From contig JACMJM010000046.1 of the NCBI GenBank assembly GCA_014380615.1, positions 1-47,726 of the forward strand: 47,726 bases of DNA, read 5' to 3'. Shown here piece after piece: positions 8,876-17,984 of this stretch. The notes under the pieces are model-generated. The model saw nothing but the letters and a program-made list of their open reading frames with translations, had not been told where the DNA came from and did no database searches. The DNA is from Sphingobacteriaceae bacterium. Lineage in GTDB: Bacteria > Bacteroidota > Bacteroidia > Sphingobacteriales > Sphingobacteriaceae. The position numbers and the translations under genes were made by a program. Each line of letters opens with the position of its first letter. The first letter of the stretch is position 1.

Positions 8876-10093
8876 TCAATACTTAAGTTTCATAATATAC
8901 ACTTGCCTACTCCCTGTATGGGTAGAATTAAAACCAATCATATCACCATTAGGGCTCCAACGGCAATGAATATCACATCGCCAGCCTGCATTAAATTCAG
9001 CAGGTTCAGGGTATCTGCCCAGCGGAAGCACCGCTTCGGTTTTCATGTCCATCAGGTAAATCTTTTGCTCGCGCATCCCACCAGTCGGGTAAGTATCGGT
9101 AACCATCCATTTTCCATCAGGCGAAAAAGTACCATGCCCGTCGTAATCCAGTAAACCGTTTCCAAGGCGCTTAAAGTTGGTTTGTCCGGGTGTAAACAGA
9201 ATGTGGGCATCTTGTTTCCCTTCGTATTTAGCAGTAATCATCAGGTCCCTGTCGTCAAGCCAGTCGAAATGAGAACCACCCCAATTATCAGGAAAACTTC
9301 GCAGCAGATTCGATCCGTCTTTATTAATCGTGAATGAAGTGGTATTCCAGGTCGGCACCGCCCTTGCCAGGAAAAATAACTTTGTCCCTCCCCTGCTAAA
9401 CAGCACATGACCGATATATTCGATCCCCTTCGCATCACTTATCTCGGGCACCATAGGTTTTAATTTGGCATACGACACGATCAGCTTTGCTTTACCCGTT
9501 TTCAGATCAATTAAAAACAATCCGTCGTCTTCCGGAAACTGAACATCTGGCTGCGCTACCTGCCCCGGGCCGTCGTAACCATAATCGGTTCGTGTTAGGC
9601 GCAGTCGCGAAAAGTTGATACTAATGGCCTCTTTCCCATCCGGCGAGACCGCAGCTATGGGGTAAGGCAATTCTTTAATTTCTTTTCGGCTCAAAACGTT
9701 TAAAATAACCGACACAAATTTGCCTTTACGATAATCGTTGTAAATAACCAAAGAATCCGGATTGGTAGCCAGCCAATGCGCCATACACCCTTGCTGCAGG
9801 TTCCAAGCCGTTGTTTTAGCAACCGGAATGAATTTATTCGTTCGTAAATCGATCAAACCAAGTGTGGCTGTATCCAGAGCCGTTGGAATACTAACCCTCA
9901 CATCTGTCTCAAGCACCGTAACATAGCGTTGATTTTTACTCCATGAGTTAATGCCGTAATAGCTGGCAAAAAGATGTTCTTTACCGTTCGACGTTATTTG
10001 AACAGGTGCGCTTACCTGCGGGAACTTTATATTTTGAGCCTGAGCAAAACCCGTAATAAAAAGAGTGGCAAAAATAAATTGAAGGCGGTTCAT
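8876..10093 (-). CDS. Secreted beta-propeller protein, oligogalacturonate lyase (PL22)-like/TolB-like
   Basis: It has a signal peptide (MNRLQFIFATLFITGFAQAQ). Repeated SPDGK/SPNGD-type blade motifs (AAVSPDGKEA, GTFSPDGKWMV, RWSPNGDMIGF) run through a ~385-aa mature domain. The C-terminal CDIHCRWSPNGDMIGFNSTHTGSRQVYIM resembles the Ogl family. Pectin-related neighbours support the call but do not prove it. Confidence 0.45.
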   Translation of the reverse strand: MNRLQFIFATLFITGFAQAQNIKFPQVSAPVQITSNGKEHLFASYYGINSWSKNQRYVTVLETDVRVSIPTALDTATLGLIDLRTNKFIPVAKTTAWNLQQGCMAHWLATNPDSLVIYNDYRKGKFVSVILNVLSRKEIKELPYPIAAVSPDGKEAISINFSRLRLTRTDYGYDGPGQVAQPDVQFPEDDGLFLIDLKTGKAKLIVSYAKLKPMVPEISDAKGIEYIGHVLFSRGGTKLFFLARAVPTWNTTSFTINKDGSNLLRSFPDNWGGSHFDWLDDRDLMITAKYEGKQDAHILFTPGQTNFKRLGNGLLDYDGHGTFSPDGKWMVTDTYPTGGMREQKIYLMDMKTEAVLPLGRYPEPAEFNAGWRCDIHCRWSPNGDMIGFNSTHTGSRQVYIMKLKY

Positions 10094-10530
10094 GGTTTAA
10101 TGCAGTATATGATAGCAAATGTATTGTTTTCCAAGCAATCAAAAAAGATGATTAGTAAACGGATGGACAGTGCTGCTATCTTCTGCCGCCCTGCTGTACG
10201 CGGCAAGTCCTCTCCCGAAGAAAAATCGGGATGCGGGCTTTATGCTGCCATCAGGTTTAAGGTTGAAGTGCTGTTCCGTTTTTGGAAAAAACATCCAAGT
10301 GATTCAATTTTCATTTAAAAAAATCTTTCAGTCCAAAGTCCTCTCACATTGATTTACCTGAAGCTGAGCTATAGCAGCAAGTACTGGCCAGGAGATAAAT
10401 GAATCATTTTACGATAGAACCGAATGATAGTTTTTGATCAAACTCTTAGACATATCTATCATAATACCGCCCGAAACCCGTCTATTAATTACATTTCAGA
10501 CAATGTACCGTTGGTAAATGCACAAACAAA

Positions 10531-11667
10531 ATGAAACACACGTATTACCTCACACTATTGACATTGCTTATTTTAACCGGCTGCACTAAAAAGCTTGCGA
10601 CAGCCGATCCTAAAGCAACCAAAGAAACCATCGCCTTATTCAAATCAATGTGGAACCTGCAACAAAAAGGGGTAATGTATGGCCATCAGGATGATTTAAT
10701 GTATGGCAGAACATGGTGGCATGAAAAAGACAGATCAGACACAAAAGACTTTACCGGCGATTATCCTGCCATTGCGGGCTTCGAGCTGGGCGACCTGGAA
10801 CTTGGCAAACAGCGAAGCCTGGATTCAGTAGATTTTTCACAAATCGCGGAACAAATAAAAGCTCATTATAAAAGAGGGGGAATTATCACGCTCAGTTGGC
10901 ACTTAAACAACCCATTAACCATTCAGCTGCCCGAAAACGCCCGTAAAAGCAAGCCAACTTCCTGGGATGTATCATCAGATAAGGTTGTCGCCTCGATACT
11001 TCCTGCCGGTGAAAACCATGTATTATTTAATTCATGGCTGGATAAGTTATCGGCTTTCTTCTCAAACTTAAAAGATGATCGCGGGAAACCAATTCCCTTT
11101 ATTTTCAGGCCATATCACGAACATTCGGGCAACTTTTTCTGGTGGGGAGATTCTCTTGCTACCGATGAAGAGTATGCGGCGCTGTGGTGCTATACCGTTA
11201 GCTATTTGAGAGAAAAGGGCTTTCACAATATTTTATACGCCTACAATACCGACCGAACTACCAGTTTGCAGCAATATTTAAAGGGTTATCCGGGTGATGA
11301 TATCGTCGATATGTTATCATTTGATATGTACGACCGCGGCCCTCAATTCAACGCCGAATTAGATAGCGCTCTTAATTATGTTACAAAAACCGCTATAGCA
11401 AGGAGAAAACTTACCGCACTAAGCGAAACCGGTCCGAGACGCGGTATGGAGAATTGGTGGTCATCGGTATTATTGCCCATTTTGAGTAAATATCCTGTGG
11501 GATATACGCTAACCTGGCGGCATACCTACAACCGCAGAGCAGCACAGTCTCCCAATCCTCCGAAACCCTTCGCCGCAGATTTTATAAATTTCTACAATAG
11601 CCCTAAAACCCTATTTTTGAAAGACATTCAAGAAGCTGATGTTTATAAATTGAAAGGAAGGAAATAA
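10531..11667 (+). CDS. Glycoside hydrolase family 26 (beta-mannanase-like) lipoprotein
   Basis: A lipoprotein signal is present (LLILTGC). VMYGHQDDLMYGRTWW matches the GH26 fGHQdd motif, and FRPYHEHSGNFFWWG matches the catalytic-acid region (rpghE..g.WWg) of GH26. Confidence 0.7.
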   Translation: MKHTYYLTLLTLLILTGCTKKLATADPKATKETIALFKSMWNLQQKGVMYGHQDDLMYGRTWWHEKDRSDTKDFTGDYPAIAGFELGDLELGKQRSLDSVDFSQIAEQIKAHYKRGGIITLSWHLNNPLTIQLPENARKSKPTSWDVSSDKVVASILPAGENHVLFNSWLDKLSAFFSNLKDDRGKPIPFIFRPYHEHSGNFFWWGDSLATDEEYAALWCYTVSYLREKGFHNILYAYNTDRTTSLQQYLKGYPGDDIVDMLSFDMYDRGPQFNAELDSALNYVTKTAIARRKLTALSETGPRRGMENWWSSVLLPILSKYPVGYTLTWRHTYNRRAAQSPNPPKPFAADFINFYNSPKTLFLKDIQEADVYKLKGRK

Positions 11668-11670
11668 TAC

Positions 11671-11934
11671 ATGGAAAATCAAAATAGCGGCAAATTGGTG
11701 GAAGTATTTTCGGGAGAATTATGGCAGGTTACCATGATGCAAAACATTCTGGCAGACAACCAGATCCAGTCGTACCTCGAAAATTCTTTAATGAGTACCA
11801 TAGAGCCATGGGTAGTTACAGCAGGTGGATTTAAAACCGTTAAACTTATTGTATCTGATAAGGATTATGCTAAATCGTTAAATTTAATTGAGGAATACAA
11901 TCGAAGCGAACCGCTTGAAGACACAGATGAGTGA
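11671..11934 (+). CDS. DUF2007-like small putative signal-transducing protein
   Basis: The 87-aa product lies 4 nt after the GH26 stop. LVEVFSGELWQVTMMQNILADNQIQSYLEN resembles the DUF2007 pattern, in which the N-terminal strand is followed by a helix ending at a GI motif. Confidence 0.45.
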   Translation: MENQNSGKLVEVFSGELWQVTMMQNILADNQIQSYLENSLMSTIEPWVVTAGGFKTVKLIVSDKDYAKSLNLIEEYNRSEPLEDTDE

Positions 11935-11993
11935 TTATTGAAGCTTAACAGAATTTAACAATTTAGGGCAAATTCGCTTGCGTATATTTAAGG

Positions 11994-12584
11994 ATGCAAA
12001 GGCATCTCATATTCCTACTTCTTTTATCTTCTAATTTTTGTGCGGCCCAGGGTCAATCTAGTTTCAATTTTAAACTCTCAGAAGCCGCAATCTCCTTAAC
12101 CCGCCAACACATTACCTACGACCCCGCCTATTACAATATCCCCTACCCCAACGGCGATGTCCCTGCGGGTAAAGGCGTATGCACAGATGTGGTGATAAGG
12201 GCCTACCGAAAACTGGGCATCGATCTTCAAAAAGAGGTACATGAAGACATGAAGGCCAACTTTTCTAAATACCCTAACAACTGGGGGCGAACATCTACCG
12301 ATAGAAATATTGATCACCGAAGGGTTCCAAACCTCATGGTTTTCTTTAAACGCCATGGCAGCGTAAAACCAATATCACGAAAAGCGCAAGATTATTCGCC
12401 CGGTGATATTGTTTGCTGGAACTTAAGCGGCGGGCTTACACATATCGGAATTGTTGTGAACAGAGTTTCAATAGATCGAAAAAGATATTTGATTGTTCAC
12501 AATATTGGCGGCGGACAGGTTCTGGAAGATTGCTTATTTAAGTATAAGGTTATCGGACACTATAGTTATCGCCCTCATCTTTGA
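11994..12584 (+). CDS. DUF1287 family secreted protein
   Basis: A signal peptide is present. YDPAYYNIPYPNGDVPAGKGVCTDVVIRAYRKLGIDLQKEVHEDM ... DHRRVPNLMVFF matches the conserved core of DUF1287 (YDPsYy.i.YPgGDvp...GvCtDvviRa...DHRRvpnL). Confidence 0.65.
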   Translation: MQRHLIFLLLLSSNFCAAQGQSSFNFKLSEAAISLTRQHITYDPAYYNIPYPNGDVPAGKGVCTDVVIRAYRKLGIDLQKEVHEDMKANFSKYPNNWGRTSTDRNIDHRRVPNLMVFFKRHGSVKPISRKAQDYSPGDIVCWNLSGGLTHIGIVVNRVSIDRKRYLIVHNIGGGQVLEDCLFKYKVIGHYSYRPHL

Positions 12585-12659
12585 TTCCCTCCCCAAGTTG
12601 GCACAAGAGCTAATTAGATTTGACAACTTTCTAAAAGTTGTCAAACCTCCGATCAACTA

Positions 12660-15089
12660 CTATTTTGATTTCAAAACGACATTTCCATCCACTAAGCCCT
12701 TCCCTTTTACCAACAGCTTTATATCGCCTGCACTTGTACCAGATTGAACAAGTACTACTAATTTCCCGCTAAATAACTTCATGCTTGGTACGTGAAACTG
12801 CTCGAGCGAAGTTGCGTCGCCATTACATGCGGCACGATAACTTCCGTTTCCGGTAACGGTAAACTGCAGCTGGTTAGTAGCAGTAGGACAAGGATTTCCC
12901 TTTTCATCAACCACTGATACGGTTACAAATGAGATGTCCTTTCCATCGGCCTTAATTTCTGTACGATCGGGATCGAGTACCAATTTGTAAGATTTTCCAG
13001 CTGTTACAACAGTTTTCTCAGCAGCTGTTTTACCATTTTTATCGTATGCCACTACTCTTACCGTACCCGGCTCATACTTTACATCCATCCACATCAAACG
13101 GTATTTGCTCTGTGCGGTTGAAGGATTTTTTTTCTGCACACCCATGCTTTTACCATTGATAAACAGCTCGGCACTATCGTAATTGGTATATACAAATACC
13201 GGTGCAACCTGGCCTTCTCTGCCATGCCAGTTCCAATGCGGTAGAATGTGAAGTGTTTCTGAACTGGTGTTCCATTTACTGCGATATAAATAATACCTGT
13301 CTTTAGGAATCCCCGCCAAATCTACCATACCGAAATACGAGCTCCGTGCAGGCCATAAGTTATCATAAGGAGTTGGTTCTCCTAAATAGTCGAAACCGGT
13401 CCAAACAAATTGTCCCATAACCCAGGGTTTGGTATCCTCCAGAATAAAATCATCTTCCGGAAGGTTCGACCAACTGCAATACTCAAGGTCGTAGGAAGAA
13501 CATTGGTGATCGGGGTATTGCTTCTCAATTGCCTTCACCACCGGAAATTTATACACTCCTCTTGAACTTACGGTAGAAGCCGTTTCAGAACCCAGAATAA
13601 AACCTTGCGGAAAAGCTTTGAAAGCATCTTCGTAAAGATGAGTACGATAGTTGAGTCCCGGAATATCAAGCAAGGCGCCGAAACCTGATGCCATAGTGGC
13701 TTTAACCTGGTCCATTCCTACGGTAACGGGCCGGGTTGGATCTTCACGGTGGAAGATATCTTGTAACCACTTAGCCCTTTTTACTCCCTCCGCACCCCAC
13801 TGATCGGGAACTTCATTTCCTGAACTCCACATTATAATACTGGGATGATTACGTGTAGCGTGGATTAGATTTACCACATCTTTTTCAGCATCGGTATTAA
13901 AGAAGCGGTTGTAACCGTTTTTTACTTTAGGTTTCGCCCATTCGTCGAAAGTTTCTGCCAGAAACATAAAGCCCATTTCATCGCATAATTCAAGCTGCTC
14001 GATAGAGGGCATATTATGCGAGCTTCTTATCGCGTCAACGCCCATATCCTTTAAAATACGCAGTTGCCTGCGCAAGGCAGATACGTTAATTGCCGAACCA
14101 AGCGGACCCAAATCATGATGAAGGCAAACACCTTTAAATTTACGTACTTTACCATTCAGGCTAAAGCCAACATTGGGTTTATAGCTTATTTCCCTGATTC
14201 CGAAACGTGTGCTTGTTTCATCTTTAAGTTCATTCCCTTCATACAACTGTGTTACCGCAGTGTATAGATAAGGCGTTTCTGGACTCCATAACTGAGGATT
14301 AGATACCGCTATATTTTGCTCGAACTGGTTTCCAAACAAGGCTTGTGTTTTGTCGGAGGCTATAGTATCTCCTTTAGCATTTAAAATATAGGTTTGCACA
14401 CGCGGATTGATTCCCGAAATCTTTGTTTTGATATTAACTTTTGCTGTTGTAGCCGAAATAAACGGCGTGGTGATGTAAGTTCCCCATTGATCGACGCTGG
14501 TAGGGTTCTTCACAATTATTCTCACCTTGCGATACAATCCGGCTCCCGGATACCAACGTGACGATAAGCCCACATTATTCAACTGGACAGCTAGTGTATT
14601 TTCCTTTCCGACTGATACTGCATTAGTGATATCAAAATAAAAATAGTTGTAGCCATAATTCCATTCGCCAACTTTCTGGCCATTTAGAAATACCCGGGGT
14701 TCGCTCATAGCTCCTTCAAATACAATAAGCACTTTTTGGCCTGCTTTATATTGAGGAAGCGTGAACGATTTCCGGTACCAACCCTGGCCAATGTACGGAA
14801 GGGCACCGGTTCTGCCCGTTTTTTCGCTGGCAACCTTCTCGCCGTTTTGCTCAATGGCTACCACTTGTTTGTCAACTTCCTTGTCGAAAGGGCCATAAAT
14901 AGCCCAGTCGTGAGGAACAGACACGGTTTGCCACTTTTTATCATTGAACACCTTTTGCCAGGCCAAATCATTTGATCCCTTTTGAAATTTCCAATTATCG
15001 GCGAGTTCGATCTCTGTGCGTGGTTGAGAAAAGGCCAGTTGAGATAGAAATACTAAGGATAGAAATAAAGCTTTTCGTTTTGTGAGCAT
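12660..15089 (-). CDS. Glycoside hydrolase family 2 (beta-galactosidase-like)
   Basis: A signal peptide is present. The GH2 sugar-binding N-domain carries WQTVSVPHDWAIYGPFD. The TIM-barrel region carries GVCLHHDLGPLGSAIN ... WSSGNEVPDQW (catalytic NE). The 809-aa length includes C-terminal beta-sandwich domains. Confidence 0.8.
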   Translation of the reverse strand: MLTKRKALFLSLVFLSQLAFSQPRTEIELADNWKFQKGSNDLAWQKVFNDKKWQTVSVPHDWAIYGPFDKEVDKQVVAIEQNGEKVASEKTGRTGALPYIGQGWYRKSFTLPQYKAGQKVLIVFEGAMSEPRVFLNGQKVGEWNYGYNYFYFDITNAVSVGKENTLAVQLNNVGLSSRWYPGAGLYRKVRIIVKNPTSVDQWGTYITTPFISATTAKVNIKTKISGINPRVQTYILNAKGDTIASDKTQALFGNQFEQNIAVSNPQLWSPETPYLYTAVTQLYEGNELKDETSTRFGIREISYKPNVGFSLNGKVRKFKGVCLHHDLGPLGSAINVSALRRQLRILKDMGVDAIRSSHNMPSIEQLELCDEMGFMFLAETFDEWAKPKVKNGYNRFFNTDAEKDVVNLIHATRNHPSIIMWSSGNEVPDQWGAEGVKRAKWLQDIFHREDPTRPVTVGMDQVKATMASGFGALLDIPGLNYRTHLYEDAFKAFPQGFILGSETASTVSSRGVYKFPVVKAIEKQYPDHQCSSYDLEYCSWSNLPEDDFILEDTKPWVMGQFVWTGFDYLGEPTPYDNLWPARSSYFGMVDLAGIPKDRYYLYRSKWNTSSETLHILPHWNWHGREGQVAPVFVYTNYDSAELFINGKSMGVQKKNPSTAQSKYRLMWMDVKYEPGTVRVVAYDKNGKTAAEKTVVTAGKSYKLVLDPDRTEIKADGKDISFVTVSVVDEKGNPCPTATNQLQFTVTGNGSYRAACNGDATSLEQFHVPSMKLFSGKLVVLVQSGTSAGDIKLLVKGKGLVDGNVVLKSK

Positions 15090-15114
15090 TTTGATATTCT
15101 TAATTCTGTGTATG

Positions 15115-17694
15115 TTATTTTTTAAGCCAGATCGATTCGATCTGCAGGTTATAGGGTTTGTTTATTAGAGATGAAATTACACCTGAGCCGATGGTTACCT
15201 CCAGCCTTTCGATCTCATTTATCTTTAAAGGAGATCTTGTATCATATCTGTACCAAAGCGGCATAAAGTCGGGATAGGGCCTCGGCAATAAAAGAAAAGC
15301 TCCTGGTTTAAATTGAGACAGAGGTAGTTCAATATCTTGAAATTCATTGCTTAAGGATACATTAGTTTCGTACGATGCGGCATCCTTATTAATTAAAGCG
15401 ATCCGGGCGGTAGCGGCACCTGCAATGCTTCTCGCACGAATTACAATTTTATTAAATGAGGCGAGTTCATTTGCACTGCCTTTTACCTTATCAGCAAAGA
15501 AATGCTGCATGCCCATTACTTGCTCTTTAGGAAGCTTACCGGCTGAAATACTCCAAATTAATTGTTGTGGTTTTGAAGCACTTGTGTAGCTGGCTTTAAC
15601 ATCGCCACCCCAGGTTGATGGGTATGCGCGCACGTTCCTATCAGTATTCGGATTAAAAATTTCGAGCACGTTATTTTGGGCAGCTACATAGGTATGCCAA
15701 TTTTCATTGATATAGTTATCCCATGCAAATGGATTGCCTTTGTGATTACCGGGAAACACACTGTAATCATTTCCTTGTTGAACCACAATTAGATAATTGA
15801 GCATGCCCGGAGTGATAATTTCTGCTGGAATTTCCGCAGTATAGTCGTATGCTGATTCACGAATCATTTGAATGGTTTTGTATTGGCTTGCCAGGTTATT
15901 AGCATAGAGCGTAACTTTAGTACCGGCATCAACTCCAACCAATATCGCATGAATTTTCAGCGACTCACCCGCTGTTATTTCGGCAAAAGGCTGATGCGAT
16001 AGAAACACTTCTGCGCTAAGAGGTTTCGGTGCAACAAACTCATTTAACCCGAGAGCGCCAACCAACTTGTCCGCGGTCCATTTGCCAGCACTTTTACCTT
16101 TCCTGCTCAGCAAATAAGTGCCGGGAAACACGTTAAATTGGGCAGCATTTGCGGTTGAGGTAAAATCGTTTCCGCTATTCAAAGCCTTTATGGCAAAACT
16201 ATTCCCAAGATCAGGAAGGATGATTTGAATAGCCTGATTCTCGAATTGAATGCGGGTAACTTCTTTTTTAAGCGACGCTTTTTCAAAAGGATCACGAATA
16301 AGGATAGCATCCGGCATTACCTCCAGCCGCCAGATTCCGTCTTCAAGCTTGTCGAGAAAATAGGCGCCATAACCTTTATACGTTACAATTGGGGAGCTTC
16401 CCACCCCTGCAATTTTTTTCAAAACTTTAACGTTTACCGGCTTCGTTCTGGTGCTGTTGGAATAGTAGAATTCTTCGGCACTGTTCATTTCGCTTAACGA
16501 CTCTTTGTGGCTTACGCGGAACACATCGAAAATACTGTCGGCAGGATAAGTACCGTAATTTTTTAACCTTGGAAGTTTATGAAAAGCTTTAGACGCTATC
16601 ATCAAGCTGATTGCTTTTGAAGGCGTATAAGCCAGATTCATATAGTGGGTTTGATATTCTGTATTGGCATACGCAATTGCCATAGGATCGTAAGCAAACT
16701 GCGTGGCCCATTGAAATCCCGCTTTACGGAAGCTACGTGCTATCGCGGGATAAATGTTCGATTGCATGATGTCGGCAGCATCAAATTCATAAACCATTTT
16801 CGGCTTATTTTTATAAGCCGGAATAGTATCATACGGTATAGCGTATTGATCTACATGAGGAAGGAAATTGCCTTTAATCTCCCGGTTGGCTACGAGGCCT
16901 ACCGGGTACCATTGAAAAGTAAAGCCGTTAACGTCCGATTTTGCTACCGCATCGGCATAATAAGGTGTTTGGCTGATGTTGTAAAATATTGGCTTTGTGT
17001 AGCCTGTATTTCGGATAGCTTTATTTAACCTGTTAATATATTCTGTTACAGCTTGCTTGGGCCCCGAATGACTTGGCTCGTTGTTTATCTCAGCAGCTAT
17101 AATATCAGGATCATCGCAATAAGTTAAACCGGTGTAGGGATTTACATGTTTAAAAAACTGATCGAGGTATCTTTCCTGCGCAATAATCGCCTTTTCTGTT
17201 ACCAACACCTTCCCTTTGTTGTAGATACTCGAAAAGCCCGCTGTTTTTTCATCACGCTCAGGATAGCCATTACCCCAAAAAGCAATTGGTGTAATGAAGG
17301 TTTTGATGTTCCGCTTTTTAAGTTCCGCTATTAAAAAATCGAATAAACGCAAGTGATCGTTATTCAGGATGTTCCCTACAGAATCGGTTATTTCAGTATC
17401 CCACACATGGACTCGAAAGGCATCAAATCCCAAACGAGCAATATGATATACATCTTGTTTAATGGCGTTTTCAAGATCTGCGTTAAGCACCTTATGAGCA
17501 CGAAAGGCGTAAGCAAATGGCGCGGTATAATTTACCCCAAAAAATGCCGCCTCTTTATTGCTCGATTCCCATCGCAACACTCCGGATTTATCCACATAAA
17601 TACCATTTTTATCTGTTGGCGCAACCTTTTGAGCACCAGCGGGTAATGATGTAACCAAACATGAAAACAGTATCAGAATTCTTAAAGATTTCAT
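15115..17694 (-). CDS. Secreted clan GH-A glycoside hydrolase, GH5-like, with C-terminal beta-sandwich domains
   Basis: A signal peptide is present (MKSLRILILFSCLVTSLPAGAQ). The motif IAAEINNEPSH is the NEP catalytic acid/base signature of GH5/clan GH-A (8 beta/alpha barrels), preceded by GFDAFRVHVWD. The family assignment is tentative. Confidence 0.5.
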   Translation of the reverse strand: MKSLRILILFSCLVTSLPAGAQKVAPTDKNGIYVDKSGVLRWESSNKEAAFFGVNYTAPFAYAFRAHKVLNADLENAIKQDVYHIARLGFDAFRVHVWDTEITDSVGNILNNDHLRLFDFLIAELKKRNIKTFITPIAFWGNGYPERDEKTAGFSSIYNKGKVLVTEKAIIAQERYLDQFFKHVNPYTGLTYCDDPDIIAAEINNEPSHSGPKQAVTEYINRLNKAIRNTGYTKPIFYNISQTPYYADAVAKSDVNGFTFQWYPVGLVANREIKGNFLPHVDQYAIPYDTIPAYKNKPKMVYEFDAADIMQSNIYPAIARSFRKAGFQWATQFAYDPMAIAYANTEYQTHYMNLAYTPSKAISLMIASKAFHKLPRLKNYGTYPADSIFDVFRVSHKESLSEMNSAEEFYYSNSTRTKPVNVKVLKKIAGVGSSPIVTYKGYGAYFLDKLEDGIWRLEVMPDAILIRDPFEKASLKKEVTRIQFENQAIQIILPDLGNSFAIKALNSGNDFTSTANAAQFNVFPGTYLLSRKGKSAGKWTADKLVGALGLNEFVAPKPLSAEVFLSHQPFAEITAGESLKIHAILVGVDAGTKVTLYANNLASQYKTIQMIRESAYDYTAEIPAEIITPGMLNYLIVVQQGNDYSVFPGNHKGNPFAWDNYINENWHTYVAAQNNVLEIFNPNTDRNVRAYPSTWGGDVKASYTSASKPQQLIWSISAGKLPKEQVMGMQHFFADKVKGSANELASFNKIVIRARSIAGAATARIALINKDAASYETNVSLSNEFQDIELPLSQFKPGAFLLLPRPYPDFMPLWYRYDTRSPLKINEIERLEVTIGSGVISSLINKPYNLQIESIWLKK

Positions 17695-17901
17695 CCGCTC
17701 AAGTTAGAACCTTTTACATTAATCAAGAAATGCGTCGAGAGCAATAGTTGCCTTGCCTATAAAGGCGAATATATTGGGGCCTGGCTTTTAATAATTCTGT
17801 TAAATAAAAAATTTAATATTCGCCCTGCAAATCTCTTTCCTTACTTAGGTAATACGATTGTGTAAAAGGGGATACGCAGCAAATGAGGGGATGTTTTGGA
17901 T

Positions 17902-17943
17902 TTGGCTAAAAAACGTTCAGTTTTTTGCCAAGTGTGATTTTTT
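17902..17943. other. Hairpin with downstream T-run between two minus-strand genes (terminator-like structure)
   Basis: ttggc(t)aaaaaac-gttca-gttttttgccaa is a 12-bp stem with a one-base bulge, followed by gtgtgattttttac. It lies 40-85 nt downstream of the stop of the 916-aa gene. Confidence 0.3.
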
Positions 17944-17984
17944 ACATGTTGCGTGTTATCCTGACCACAAAGGTGCAGAATAGC

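Noticed and set aside
9974-10352. 114-aa and 60-aa plus-strand ORFs in the long divergent spacer
   Set aside because: The first overlaps the 5' end of the Ogl-like gene in antisense. Both have Arg/Ser-rich low-complexity translations and no signal or domain features.
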